Shown here: positions 1 through 11,086 of the stretch, piece by piece
Numbering within the stretch: position 1 is the stretch's first letter
How the letters are laid out: each line of letters starts with the position of its first letter
Translations under genes and position numbers: made by a program
Assembly: GCF_026210795.1 (NCBI RefSeq)
Contig: NC_089434.1
Coordinates: forward strand, 2,480,001-2,544,000
Length of the DNA: 64,000 nt
Direction of reading: 5' to 3'
DNA from: Rhizophagus irregularis
Taxonomy: Eukaryota
Notes under the pieces: generated by a model
What the model was told of the DNA's origin: nothing
The model's database searches: none
The model's input: only the letters and a program-made list of their open reading frames with translations

Positions 1-222
1 TGAAATATATCAAGGGGAAAGATCTGGAGAAATTTAGTGTAATGCGATTTTTCTTTTTTAGATTAATTTTTACTTTATTTTTTCTTAGGAGACTATATAG
101 CTTTGTTTTTAGTTAGTTTTATTTTTATATTTTTCTTTTTATTTTTTGTAAATTGTAAAGCTCGAATAAATTTAATAAAGATAAAGGCTACTATGCCACG
201 TTTGCCTAGTTTTTGACCAGTG
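1..222 (+). mobile_element. 3' end of LINE family B plus the 16-nt CACTG-type cap (continues left of the window)
   Basis: Near-identical to about 49495-49718. Ends ...GCCACGTTTGCC-TAGTTTTTGACCAGTG with a different right flank. Confidence 0.85.
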
Positions 223-444
223 ATGATTCTTTAACTCTTTTACATTCTTAAATTTTAACTTTTAAACTTTGATAGTTTTTCTTGAGTTAATTAAACTTCA
301 CATAATAATTTCTGTTTATTTTATTCTGGACTTGATATTTTTATAATTGAATTATTAATTATTAATCGTTTTTTACAGTAAAACCACAATGATAACTTTT
401 TATTAATATTAATTCTTTATTTTTATTATAATTGAGCTCAGGCA

Positions 445-645
445 GGATCCTGCTTACTTATAATAAAGGTTACCATAGAAAATTGGATTTTTACTAATAA
501 TTTTTACCTTATTTTTTTTTTAAATTCTATTGGTTAATTAGCTAAAAAAGAAAAAAATCATAACAATGTAACATAAAATTTCCTTTTATAGTAGGATCTG
601 CAAAGAATTTTATATATGATTTTTACTTTAGACTTGGGGGTAACC
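445..645. mobile_element. Truncated copy of the MITE at 1041-1263
   Basis: About 200 bp closely similar to 1041-1240 (AGGATCC-GCTTACTTATAATAAAGGT...). The right TIR is missing. Confidence 0.7.
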
Positions 646-1040
646 TGCTCAGACCAAAAGCATTTGACAAAAGCAAAAGTCAAAAGCCAACCTTTTTATA
701 CATTTTAATGTTTTACAAAACTATAACATCTTTCCATTTAGTGTTCCAATCCATTAAGCTGGCGGATAAATGAATAAGGCATTTTATACATATATTTAAA
801 TATATAAGATAAATTCAAATTAGCGTATCAGATACTATCGTGCAGTATAATCTAATAAATTATATAAATTTAGCTCAAGTTAATATATATTCTTACTGCA
901 AACTATAATTATCTGATTATTTACATGGATAAATGAATGAGCCAGATAATTGAGTTAATTCCTGATCTGTAGCGTCCAATATCTATTAGCTTAGGTCAAT
1001 TTATAATTTATCAAAATATACTATAAGATAGACATCTGAT

Positions 1041-1263
1041 AGGATCCGCTTACTTATAATAAAGGTCACTGTAGAAAATTGGCCCTTTACTAATAGTTTT
1101 TACCTTATTTTTTTCTTAAATTTTATTGGTTAATTAGCTAAAAAGGAAAAAAATCATAACAATGTAACATAAAATTTTCTTTTATAGTAGGATCTGCAAA
1201 GAATTTTATATATAATTTTTACTTTAGGCCTGGGTGACTTATTTTATAAGTAAGCAGGGTCCT
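1041..1263. mobile_element. MITE with 8-bp TSD
   Basis: TIRs AGGATCCGCTTACTTATAA / TTATAAGTAAGCAGGGTCCT. CATCTGAT is duplicated at 1033-1040 and 1264-1271. Confidence 0.8.
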
Positions 1264-1307
1264 CATCTGATATATTTATTTGAATTTAGTTTGATATTGC
1301 AAGTATA

Positions 1308-1780
1308 CACAGGTCAAAAAGTGAAAAATCAGGCATCAATTAGTCACCAATCAGGAAGCTTGCTAACTTTTGATCCAGTGATCAGAAAAGAATGAAATAT
1401 AGCTCATTGGAATTGTCTCAACAAGACGAATCTAATGGTAGTAAAATCGCATCTCTAGGATTAATAGTTAATAAAAAATTAAATAAAATATAAATGATAC
1501 ATTTTTATTTTTATATTTTACTTAATTTCTCATCAAGTATTAATCCTAGAAATGCGATTTTACTACCATTAGATTCATCATGTTGAGCCGATTCCAATGA
1601 GCTATATTTCATCCTTTTCTGACCACTGGATCAAAGTTAGCAAACTACCTGATTGGTGATGATATTTGGCGAAAATGCCAATCAGGCACCAATCGGTCAC
1701 CAATCAGTCACCAATCAGTCACCAATCAACTACCTGATTGGTGACTGATTGGTGCCTGATTTTTTACTTTTTGACCTGTG
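1308..1780. mobile_element. CMC/CACTA-type palindromic MITE (CACAGG termini)
   Basis: TIRs CACAGGTCAAAAAGT / ACTTTTTGACCTGTG, 3-bp TSD ATA, internal foldback and GTCACCAATC subterminal repeats. Confidence 0.9.
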
Positions 1781-3129
1781 ATATGTAAACCCATCCTATC
1801 CGTTTATCTATCAGTTTAACGCATTGGAACTTTGGTTCCATATAATTACGCCCATCTTTGAGTAACAACTAATTTCTATTCATACAATGAATTCTCATAT
1901 AATCATTTCATTAATACAATGGTAATTATAAATAAGTATTGTATAATAATATTACATCTTTATACATTATTGTATTCTTCTAATTATTCTTTCTACAGTT
2001 AATTATTTATCTTTCAGTTAAATGTTTATTCTTATTCCATTCAGTATATTATTCTTCTGATCATGTGATTATCCTGGTATCTACAATTATACCAGATTTT
2101 TGAAATTAAAGTAAAAAAGGACTAGTATTATTAACAGAACAATTTTAACACTCATTAGAGGTGAAATTCACCTTTTAGTAAATTTTATCAGTAAAATTAG
2201 TAAAGTTTATCATATTATGCAATTACAAATTTTTTTTCATTTGAATATAATAGTGAATTTTTTTATTTGTAATTTATTTATCGTAATCAAATGATTATAT
2301 GATGTAATGATAAACCAGTACACTATAAAAATTTTATCAAATTGTTTTATTTATAAATACAATATTTTATTTATAAAGACAATGTTAAACTTATAATGTT
2401 TAACTAAATTTTAGAGGCATATACGATTTATTTATTACTTTAAGTTGATTTTATAATAGGACTAGTAGTAAATAGTAAAAAAGACAAAAAAAACAAAGTA
2501 GAAAAAGAGATATAGAATTCATTTGCAGTCTGTAAAAAGAATATAAAATTTGTATAATGGTAAGAAAAATCAAGGTGATGAGGTATAATAGAAATAATAA
2601 AATAAGACAATAAGAAATAATAAAACTAATGAGAAATAATAGTATTAATGAGAAGATGAAAGTAAAAGAAAGAAAAAGAAAGTAAAAAAAATGAAGTTGA
2701 ATAAAATAAAAGGAATGAAATAAAAAAAAATAAAAAGAAATATGAAAATAAAAAGGATGAAAATGAAAATGAAATAAGGTGAAAAAAACAGATATAATGA
2801 AAAAACAGAACAAAAAGAATGTATTGAAAGGATTTTAAACAATATATATAAATGTAGATTTTGAGTTTGGTTAGCCGATATATAAAAATTTTTTCCTATG
2901 TAAGATTTATTATTGCTTATTTGATAACATAATTTTAAAATAGTTAGATATAATTATGCGTAGCAGGTATACTTATCAGCGGAATTGAATTTTTGAATTA
3001 TAACAGACGTAATTAAAATGCCGTAATTCACTGTAATTATATGTTTTATTAGTAAACATTTGTACTGACGTAATTGTTTTTGGCTATGCCGTAATATTTT
3101 GATATTGACTTTTTAATTCTACTGAGAAG

Positions 3130-6118
3130 CAGTGTTGTACACAGACACCTGTCTGCAGCATTTTGCTTGGACGATATTGTCTGTGTCCCATGTCCGTTGT
3201 TCATGTCCCAAAAAATATTCCGATTTGTACTTGTCATACGAATATGTCCAAGTATTTCCGCAAGTTGTCCGAGACAAATTTATATGTCCGGCCGTCTGGA
3301 CATCCATATTCTAAGCCACACTATTTCATTATGCCACCACTTCCGACTTTGATAAATCAATATATTGTCAGAACTGACATTAAAGTTAATAAAAGCAACG
3401 TCCAAACTTTTTGTAAACCATGTATAGAAGAGTTGAGAGAAGAGGAAGGGTGTAAAATATGGTTTCCAAATAAAAAAGATCGTATAATTCAATATTTTAA
3501 AAAGTGTTCTAACTTTTTTACCAAAACAAAAGAAGAAGAACGAGAAGAAATTTTTGCACTTTTACATCTTAATAATGATAATAATACCCCGAATTTAGTT
3601 CCTCAAAAGAGAACATGTAAATATGTTTGAAAGTTAATAGCACATATTTTTTATTAAAAAACTTATAATAATATATATTTATGTTTCAGTTTCTATATCC
3701 TCTCAAGCCTCTTAGCGTCAGGTTCATCTCTCAAAATAATTAACCGTTCTTCATATTATGGACCCATGGATAACTATATTGTTCGATCTTTATCTAAAGA
3801 AGATTTACAAAAATTTTATATGTTATTATTTCGACTTACAGTTTCCTGTAGATGGGCGTTATCATGGGTAAATAACTCTGAAGCAAAAGAGTTATTTGAT
3901 TTCCTAAATCCATTTCTTAAACTACCTGATCGTCGTGTTCTTGGAGGAGATATTTTAAAACAAGTTGTAGATGATGCGGATAAGGCTATGGAAACTGCAC
4001 TTAAAGAAGATCAAATTGGTATAATGTTAACTTTTGACGGATGGGTTAATGTAAAGAATGAGCAATTGTTGGGAACTGTCTTGTTATCTTATGAGAGAAA
4101 ACCTTATCTCTGGAAAGCAGTAGACATCAGTTCTGAACATGAAAATTATACTACAGTAATGGATAAAATTGAAATAATGCTTACTGACTTAAAGAAAAAA
4201 GATATTACTGTTTGTGCTATAGTTACAGATAGCACACCAGCATATGCAGCAGCTCGGTAAGAAATTGGTATTTAATTATAAAAAAAAATAATATTTTAGT
4301 TTATCAATATTTATTAACACTTGATTTTTTATGCAGGCGTCGAATGAGAATTTCAAAAAGATCAATAGTATTTCTGCCATGTTTTGCTCATCAGATCAAT
4401 CTTTGTGTGGGTGAAATATTCAAGGAATCTACAGAATTTAAGACCACAATTGATCGTGCTATTCGGCTTGCTACTTTTTTTAAGAATTCAAATCATAAAT
4501 TCTTTATATCACGTCTAAGAGAACAGCAATATGAAACATATAAAAAATATATAGCGATATCTGTTCCAGGAGAAACGCATTGGAACAGTCTTTATTATAT
4601 GTGTATTAGCCTTTTAAAAACACAACAAGTATTACAAGTAAGTAAATTTATTAATTATTAATTAAATATTCAGTTAGTATTTTTATATTAATACTAATAT
4701 TATTTTTTAGATACTAGCTATCAATTTCAAACCACCAATTGTTGAAACTCGTCACCGGCAAGGAGAAGCACCAACTTTACCACATAAAATCTTTGAAACT
4801 ATTGATTCTTCTATATTTTGGAATCAAATTACGCTTATTAATGAAATTCTTGAGCTATATTGCAAAATACTTAATATGTTACAATGTGATAAGGCACGTT
4901 TATTTCAGGTAGTTCATAATATGAATTATTTAGTTCAATTTTGGTTAAATCGTTCAGATGATGCTCTTGCTACAAAATTAATTGACCGATTGGAAAAACG
5001 TTGGAAAGATTAGGAGCAACCTCTCCTATTATTATCTTATTTACTACATCCGGAATACCGAATGAAGCAATTCAGTAGTAAAGTTTCTAGTATTAATTAT
5101 TCAGAATTTGGAAAATGGTTGATGTATTATTATTATGCATGGTCTGGAAAAGAGCCAACACATATAATTTGCGAATTTGATGATTTTTGGTTGGCTAAAT
5201 ATCCATTTGATCTTGAAATATATAAACAATTTGATAATGATATTTGGCGATATTGGTGTTATGTTAGTGTTTCTACAAAAGAATTGGGTTTTGTAGCTTG
5301 TAGAATTTTTGGTATATGTGTTAATGCTGTGTCAGTTGAAAGACTTTGGAGTTGCATGGGGTTTTTACAAACAAAACGGCGTAATAGATTAATGGTAATC
5401 TTTTTTTTTTATATTTTATTATTATAATACAAATATTTATTAATTATTAATTTTTTTTCATAAATAGTCATCTAAAGCTCTTCAAATGAGCAAATTAAGA
5501 GCTGATATCACATATAGTCATCGACTTCATAATAGCCCAATATCTGTTGAATATACTACCACATTGGATGTTAATAACACAAACGAAACTAATCAAAATC
5601 CTGGTAATTTAAATGATTCGGAAAATAATAAAGATAATGATCCAGTCATTAATTTGGAAGCTGATCCCGAGCAATTAGAAGAAGGTTCAGATGATGAAAA
5701 TACTGAGTCACAATTAGAAAATGATTTTGGTGAGTATCTTCAAGGTTGGACAGATATGTTAAGGGAGAAGGAAAATGCTGATATCCTGGATGAGGAAGAA
5801 AATACTGAGTTCAATAATGAAAAAAGTAATATACCATTAGATGATATTACTCATCCTGCTAATGATGACAATGCTAAATGGAAATTATTAACTCTCTTTA
5901 ATTATAATATGGATATAAACTTACCATTTTAATTGAAATCTTGTGTAGTTATTATGAATATTATCAAATAAAATAAAATTTTCATCTAATTAAAAATAGT
6001 CACGTGATTTATATATAATGTCCGCAAATGTCCAGAACATAAAAAATACCGGACATGGACATGGACAGTCCTGTCCCGTTCTGTCCAATGTCTGTGTCCA
6101 TGTCCCATGACAACACTG
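3130..6118 (+). mobile_element. hAT DNA transposon (degenerate)
   Basis: Termini CAGTGTTGT / ACAACACTG, TGTCC subterminal repeats and an internal hAT transposase. No matching TSD. Confidence 0.75.
3331..5932 (+). pseudogene. hAT transposase, about 5 exons, in-frame stops
   Basis: Motifs TFDGW, IVTDS, PCFAHQINL, THWNS and SVERLWS. GT-AG introns near 3617, 4257, 4638 and 5394. Confidence 0.85.
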
Positions 6119-6184
6119 TCCGGGAGGTGTCAGGTGGGTTTACACTTATAATATAAAAAATATAAATTTGCAAGTACAAAATGC

Positions 6185-6613
6185 TTACTCCTGTTGAGTC
6201 CATTCATTCCACTCCCAGTCCAGTCTCCAAGGATTGCCTCCCCATCTTTGTTCACTTAATGCATACTCTATAATTTGCCTCTCTTGGGGGTCCACGACCA
6301 TCCCATTCTTAAGCATTTTCTCCATAATATAAAGCTGATTCTCGGTAAGGCGGTCCATCCATCTTTTATAGAAGTCGTGTACATCTTCAAACATTATCCA
6401 GTCAATATTCCCTTTTACATACTGATTTCCGAGAGCTCAGATTTCCCAGTACATATTCCCGATTGTAGTGGCATAATTTTTCCACCTCTTATATGCCTTT
6501 TGACGAACCTCTCGCTATCACACGCTATCTACTTTACTCGCTGCAATAAGGTCAGTATCCAGGATCTTTGTGACAATGCGTTCGACTATTTCTACTGGTA
6601 ACCGGTCCAACAT
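6185..6613 (-). pseudogene. F-box-like protein
   Basis: Reads MLDRLPVEIVERIVTKILDTDLIAASKVDSV**REV (F-box pattern) in frame with ORF 6185-6394. Three in-frame stops. Confidence 0.65.
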
Positions 6614-6773
6614 AATGTTATGTTACTTACACTATAGCTATCTTCAATTACTGTATACTTATTACACACGGATAAAAAATATAGACTAAATTCGTACAAG
6701 ACCGCAGGACCACAGGAGCTGCTTATGCAAGAAGTTCTGTTAAGGTATTCTCAGCCTCGTTTTTAGTAATAGC

Positions 6774-6962
6774 TCACTTTGGGGGATTAGTTGATGAGTC
6801 CTTAGTCGCATTATAATACAATTTGAAGAGGACCTCAAGCTTATCTAGGAGAGCTTGTTTATTCTTGTATGATTCGCGGATTTTTGCTATCTTAGCAGTA
6901 TATGCCGCATTATCTGGGAAGAGTTTTCTGGCCACGAACTTCACATATGATACAGTATTCAT
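6774..6962 (-). CDS. Small hypothetical protein of the polB-helicase element
   Basis: 62-aa ORF, co-oriented with its neighbours and bounded by the AAAAAATA(T/A)A junction motif. Confidence 0.5.
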   Translation of the reverse strand: MNTVSYVKFVARKLFPDNAAYTAKIAKIRESYKNKQALLDKLEVLFKLYYNATKDSSTNPPK

Positions 6963-6995
6963 TCGAATGAGAAAAAATAAATATGAACCTCGGGT

Positions 6996-7793
6996 TTACA
7001 CTTGGGATACTGCAAGACAGTAGAAGCGTCGCTCAGCCTTTTGTATCAATAGAGAGACTGGTCTATATAACCGAAAGATAGCAACTTTCTGGATAATCCT
7101 AGCCACTTTATTGTTCCTTCTTTCTATGTATCTCCTAAAGGCTTTTTGGATCGTTTCAGCATGATGAGTATAATAGTCGAATTTAAAATGCTTTGGGCAA
7201 CTATATAAATGTAGTCGTACTACTTGATCCATGGAAGCGTCGTCTCCCCATCTGCGATCAATAAAAGATTTACAGTAGGTACAGTATTACCTATTTAGTA
7301 GTCGTGATTAAGGTTGCTTGTCTAAACCTCTTCAAAATCCTACGATTAGTTTCGTCAAAATTTTACTATAGATTTATTATAGTTTCGGCAGAGTTTCGGC
7401 AGTTTCGGCATTTATAATAAGTTTTGGCAGTTTCGCCTTTCTCCAAAGTTTCGCCAGTTTTTTAATATAACTTTAATATAGTTTCGGCAGAATTTCACTT
7501 TTCGGCGAAACGCCATTTTGCCTAAACCCCTAGGTTTCAGCAAGCAACCTTAGTCGTGATACTATTCTCCTAATATGCACAATATAAGCATATATATCTT
7601 GACGAGACTTTGGATAAGGTGGCCGCTTATGAAAACCTATTCTACTATAAGTCTCATAATATTGCATAGCATTCTGAATACGCCTAGTCCACGTGTGGAA
7701 ACTTTCGTGGTCTTGTCTACCTAATCCATCTAAGTTTTGCATTTGGGTATCTCGTAAGATTACATGTTCTATAGGTTTATTCAATTATGCCAT
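6996..7793 (-). pseudogene. Protein with CxxC..HxxxC and IQ-like motifs, split by a hAT MITE
   Basis: Removing 7309-7560 joins ORFs 7530-7784 and 6996-7232 in frame (IVSRLLNR*YCTYCK...HLYSC). Contains AETIQKAFRRY and ARIIQK. Confidence 0.6.
7309..7552. mobile_element. 244-bp hAT MITE (TIR family of 17334-21766)
   Basis: TIR TAAGGTTGCTTG and perfect 8-bp TSD GTCGTGAT. Confidence 0.95.
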
Positions 7794-7835
7794 CACGGTA
7801 TGTCAGTAAAAAATATACCTACCGGTCCTTAGCAA

Positions 7836-8318
7836 TCATGTCCAGATAACCTTGTTCCCATTTTTCACATGGCAGTATCCCGTGATTTCAAACTTGAAAG
7901 TCTTTAGAGTCGTATCTGCATTTTCTGGATAAGTGAAAAGCGCGGGGTTATCTGGCTGCTTTTCTAAAATAAATCCATCTGTATGGATACGTCGTACTTT
8001 ATCCTTGTATGGTTGAATTGCCTCAGATGTGATTTTGCGACCACGTGCTAATAAGAATGGGGCGATCCTGGGATACTCACCTTTGAAGGGATTACCCGGG
8101 TTTGTAAACTGGAATCGCCACTGGTCAGATCCTACTGGTATGATAGAGTCAAGTGTATGGCCCTCTGGAAATGTAAATGGGTCTGTTTGATCTGTGGTAA
8201 GGGTCTTGTAATTACGCTTCCTCTGGCATAATGCTTCCCATAATGTGTTGAGAATTCGCTTTGCCACACGGCCAGCTACGCTACCCTGGTTTTTAATTTT
8301 AAAAAAGAAGTGTACATA
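7836..8318 (-). pseudogene. Family-B DNA polymerase-like gene, C-terminal part
   Basis: KRILNTLWE (motif B-like) and RIHTDG (motif C-like). Joins 36165 in frame (TVIFGEYVHFFFKIK). Confidence 0.75.
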
Positions 8319-9572
8319 CAGAACCCCGGATATCTCCAAAACAGGTCATAAGTCACACTTTCGGGCAAACATGGCATAGCAGCCTTTATCTTTATTAATT
8401 ATTTATCAAACTTTACAAAATTACATATAAGAAAAAAAAATAAAATAAAAACTAACTAAAAACAAAGCTATATAGTCTCCTAGAAAGAAATTAAAATTAA
8501 AAGAAAGTTCAAAAGAAAATTCGCTAATACTAAAACTTCCTAGATCTCACCCCTTGATATATTCCAACCAAAGTAGAAGCAACTATGCTAACAAAATAAC
8601 GAATGACGCGCCTACTGTTAAAATCGACACTCCATCCTGCAAAAGCGGTTATTAAGTAGCACCGTTAGATGACCTATAAAACCCGAAATGTGATTAAACC
8701 AAGATAATCCATATCGCATCGAGTTTTTTAACCAATCGGTTCCGGAATCACGTGAATCAACATGGGTCGGAGGTGGTAAAGACGAGTAAGGTAAATAAGA
8801 AGATTTGGGCAAACCTTTAGGCCTTGAAGACTGTTTAAGTTTTGAAGAAATGTGCATCGTATGTTCCCATAATCCTTTATCATACGAACGCGGATTCCAA
8901 ATTCGTTCACAGAATTTGTTGATAAAATTGTTATGTATGGCGGCAACCACCACTGGTCGAATGACAACATATCAGAGAAAATTCAGGTACCCGATTCTTC
9001 ACTAATTCTTCACAGATATATATATTATACAATCCCGATACTTATTCCCGATTGGGCTCAGGTTCTTGTTGCATTTCTGGATACAACCGGGCATAAATAC
9101 TTCATAAGTATTGGATTTCTATTGGTGAAGAATCGGGTTTCTGTTATTTTACAAATAAACGCCCAATATTTACCAAATTAATAACTGAATCTTTTGAAGT
9201 TTTAATAAACTATAAGGTGCAAATCGGATAAATATTATGTTAATATCGGATTTCTGATATTTTACTTATATTTATATAATATTTAAGTATTTATTTGGGT
9301 TATCATAAAGTATCGTTAAACGATACAATACACGCCGGGCAGTAATTGAAATCACGATATTTCAAATTGTTTTAATCAATTTATTACTATTCGTTGCAAT
9401 ATATTATATAGCAATATACTAATCAATTTTACAGTAATACATTTGCTTGCTATATTTAATCGTTGTTATATAGAAATAAACTACAAATCATTCTTGCGTA
9501 ATAAAAATATAAACTACAAATTATTATTAATATACGTGCTCTTTTAAATCTAACATTGCATTAATGCATTAA

Positions 9573-11086
9573 TTAAACCTGTTCATCAAGTTCGTTAGGT
9601 TCATCATTAATATTATCGATATTATCGATCTCATCTTGTGGTTGTACGTCGGATCCGTACGACTGTGATATCGACCAATCAGGGGCACCTTCAGGCGGTT
9701 TTGACTCGTCGATCCACGTTTTATCATCATACCAACGATGTCGTGAAAGTTTTACATGACTTATTTTCTCACCAACTCGGTCAGCCAAGCGAAGTAATTT
9801 ACGTCCCTATAAAAATGAAAAAGAGATAATAAGCAAATGTATACAATAACTATACAATTGTTTTATTTGATACTTACACGACGTGACCTCCAGGGCTTGT
9901 CATAAACATGAAGAACATGTTTATCCGTTTCAATTTTATTCTTAGGACGAACATGATCTTCGATTTCTTTTTTGGTGAGCTCTTCATCAGTTTCAGAAAC
10001 TTCATCACTGTGGAATCCTCCTTCATTAAATATGGTTTCACAGTCTTCCTTGAATTCTTCCCAAGATAATGATGACGGTTGAAATTCTTTAAGCGAGGCA
10101 TCATTAATATTGAACATATGCTCGATGCCTTTCTGACGTCGCTCTTTTTTCTATTGCAATCAGATATTAGTGATTAGGATAGAAAGGAACAAGATCAAGG
10201 ATTTTAATTTCATATTTCGGATGTCTTCAGTACTTACATCTTTTCTTCGAGAATTCGTTCCTTTTCTCTTCTTTTCAAATCTAGTCTTATCCGGATCAAG
10301 GCTAACCATCCAGCTTTCTCTACGATGGCGGTGTAGATTCTGTAAGACCCATTTCAATTCTATATCTTTGTATTGAAACCTTCCGGTCAAGACTCTAGCG
10401 ATCTCCTTCATGATGTGTTTTGAAACGTGTGGTGCAATTTCTACCCATTTTTTGGTATGATCCAATTGCAATGAATCATCGAGACCGCTAAGTATCTGCA
10501 CGACCTCATCCTTAATTTTATAAAAAAATATCGATTAAAAAATTTTGCTGAATAACCAATAGTTACTTGATACTCACATGGAACAACTTATATTGATCTT
10601 CGTCCATATCTTCAAGCAAAACCCGAGCACGTCGACGATATCCAGTTTCTGGTTCTGGCGTGAGTGATGTATTTTGTCTACTCCTTGGAACTGGTGTTGT
10701 CTGAGGGGTTGATGGCCATTCAGCTTGTAGGTCGTTCCTTGTTTGAGATTTCTTGAGGGTCCGAACTTCTTCCGTAAGTGCAGTGATAGCTCTGCTTAGG
10801 GCTTCGATATCTGTAAATTGAAATCATGACATTATATTCAAAATATGTAAAATAAAAAACATAATTATTATATTATAACCATACCATCATTCCTATTATA
10901 TCTTGTAGTTGAACACCCTCCTTGTTGACTTGGTGAACGACTATCTGAATAATTAGTCCTATTATGTCTTGTAGTCGAACGTCCTCTTTGTTGACTTGGT
11001 GAACGACTATCTGAATAATTAGAATAAGAAGAACGTCTAGACTTGTTCCTTCTTGAACGATAACGGTGACGACGATGTGGTGACAT
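9573..11086 (-). CDS. CACTA accessory gene, multi-exon, RS-rich N-terminus (exon bounds approximate)
   Basis: Co-oriented ORF segments separated by short AT-rich introns. Starts MSPHRRHRYRSRR and is divergent from the transposase. Confidence 0.6.

Larger units (their letters stand above)
743..1830. mobile_element. Old foldback/MITE element hosting two younger MITEs
   Basis: Imperfect long inverted repeats GTTCCAATCCATTAAGCTG... / ...CAGTTTAACGCATTGGAAC. Flanks are TTTAGT / TTTGGT. Confidence 0.6.

Noticed and set aside
2451..2842. Phe-rich ORFs
   Set aside because: Translation of A-rich low-complexity or decayed sequence; no motifs.
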